IMG/VR virus record: IMGVR_UViG_3300028883_000046
Location: 11,718 to 75,717 of that record
Source: a virus
Direction: 5' to 3' (one strand)
DNA: 64,000 nucleotides
Shown here: positions 63,893-64,000 of the stretch, in pieces
Layout: every line of letters begins with the position of its first letter
How positions within the stretch are numbered: the first letter of the stretch is position 1
The notes under the pieces: model-generated
Database searches by the model: none
What the model was told of the DNA's origin: nothing
Seen by the model: the letters and a program-made list of their open reading frames with translations, nothing else
Position numbers and translations under genes: made by a program

Positions 63893-64000
63893 TTACTTCT
63901 CCTTTATAAGTTTTTCGGCAAAATCTTTTGCTTTCTTTAAACCATTAGGCTCGACAAAATAAGCTAACAATTGATAATCCTCGATATCGATAAGTTGATA
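63893..64000 (-). CDS. 3' end of a gene truncated by the window edge
   Basis: Open frame YQLIDIED...KLIKEK*. Confidence 0.5.
   Translation of the reverse strand, partial: YQLIDIEDYQLLAYFVEPNGLKKAKDFAEKLIKEK

Noticed and set aside
1-64000. Alternative genetic code, introns/inteins, tRNAs, diversity-generating retroelement
   Set aside because: Genes are intact and densely packed under the standard code; no intein termini, cloverleaf or reverse transcriptase were recognised by eye.

Overview
A 64 kb section of a tailed dsDNA phage genome, most likely a siphovirus, with two convergent arms meeting at a bidirectional terminator (~27123-27163). The + arm (1-27.1 kb) is late. It carries tail completion, terminator and tube genes, a tail chaperone with a -1 frameshift, tape measure, a GTA/YuA-like tail tip (BR0599/gpL-like, NlpC/P60, large tip protein), holin-like genes flanking a membrane-anchored receiver-domain protein, a lipoprotein, a secreted FN3 protein, and an 8 kb glycan-building cluster (5 glycosyltransferases, 2 methyltransferases, 1 O-acetyltransferase). 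The - arm (27.2-64 kb) is early/middle. It carries dCMP deaminase, thymidylate synthase, a Holliday junction resolvase, a split SbcC with SbcD, a 5'-3' exonuclease, RecA, a gp32-like SSB, DnaE fused to a family-4 uracil-DNA glycosylase, clamp loader, sliding clamp, an ABC-ATPase/GNAT fusion, DnaB, primase, an SF2 helicase and a Ycf46-like AAA module. Best candidate for a new system: four virion proteins carry poly-Thr or mucin-like Thr/Ser tracts, and the same-strand GT cluster includes an enzyme with ppGalNAc-T-like motifs (DAH, GGGEN), suggesting phage-encoded mucin-type O-glycosylation of the virion. Also notable are an intergenic type II hammerhead ribozyme (62805-62878, -), a cluster of GAA-triloop hairpins (candidate origin), three homologous tail-tip modules and shared terminal peptide motifs. 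All calls come from motif reading; no database searches were run. No capsid, terminase, integrase, endolysin, tRNA or CRISPR was recognised.
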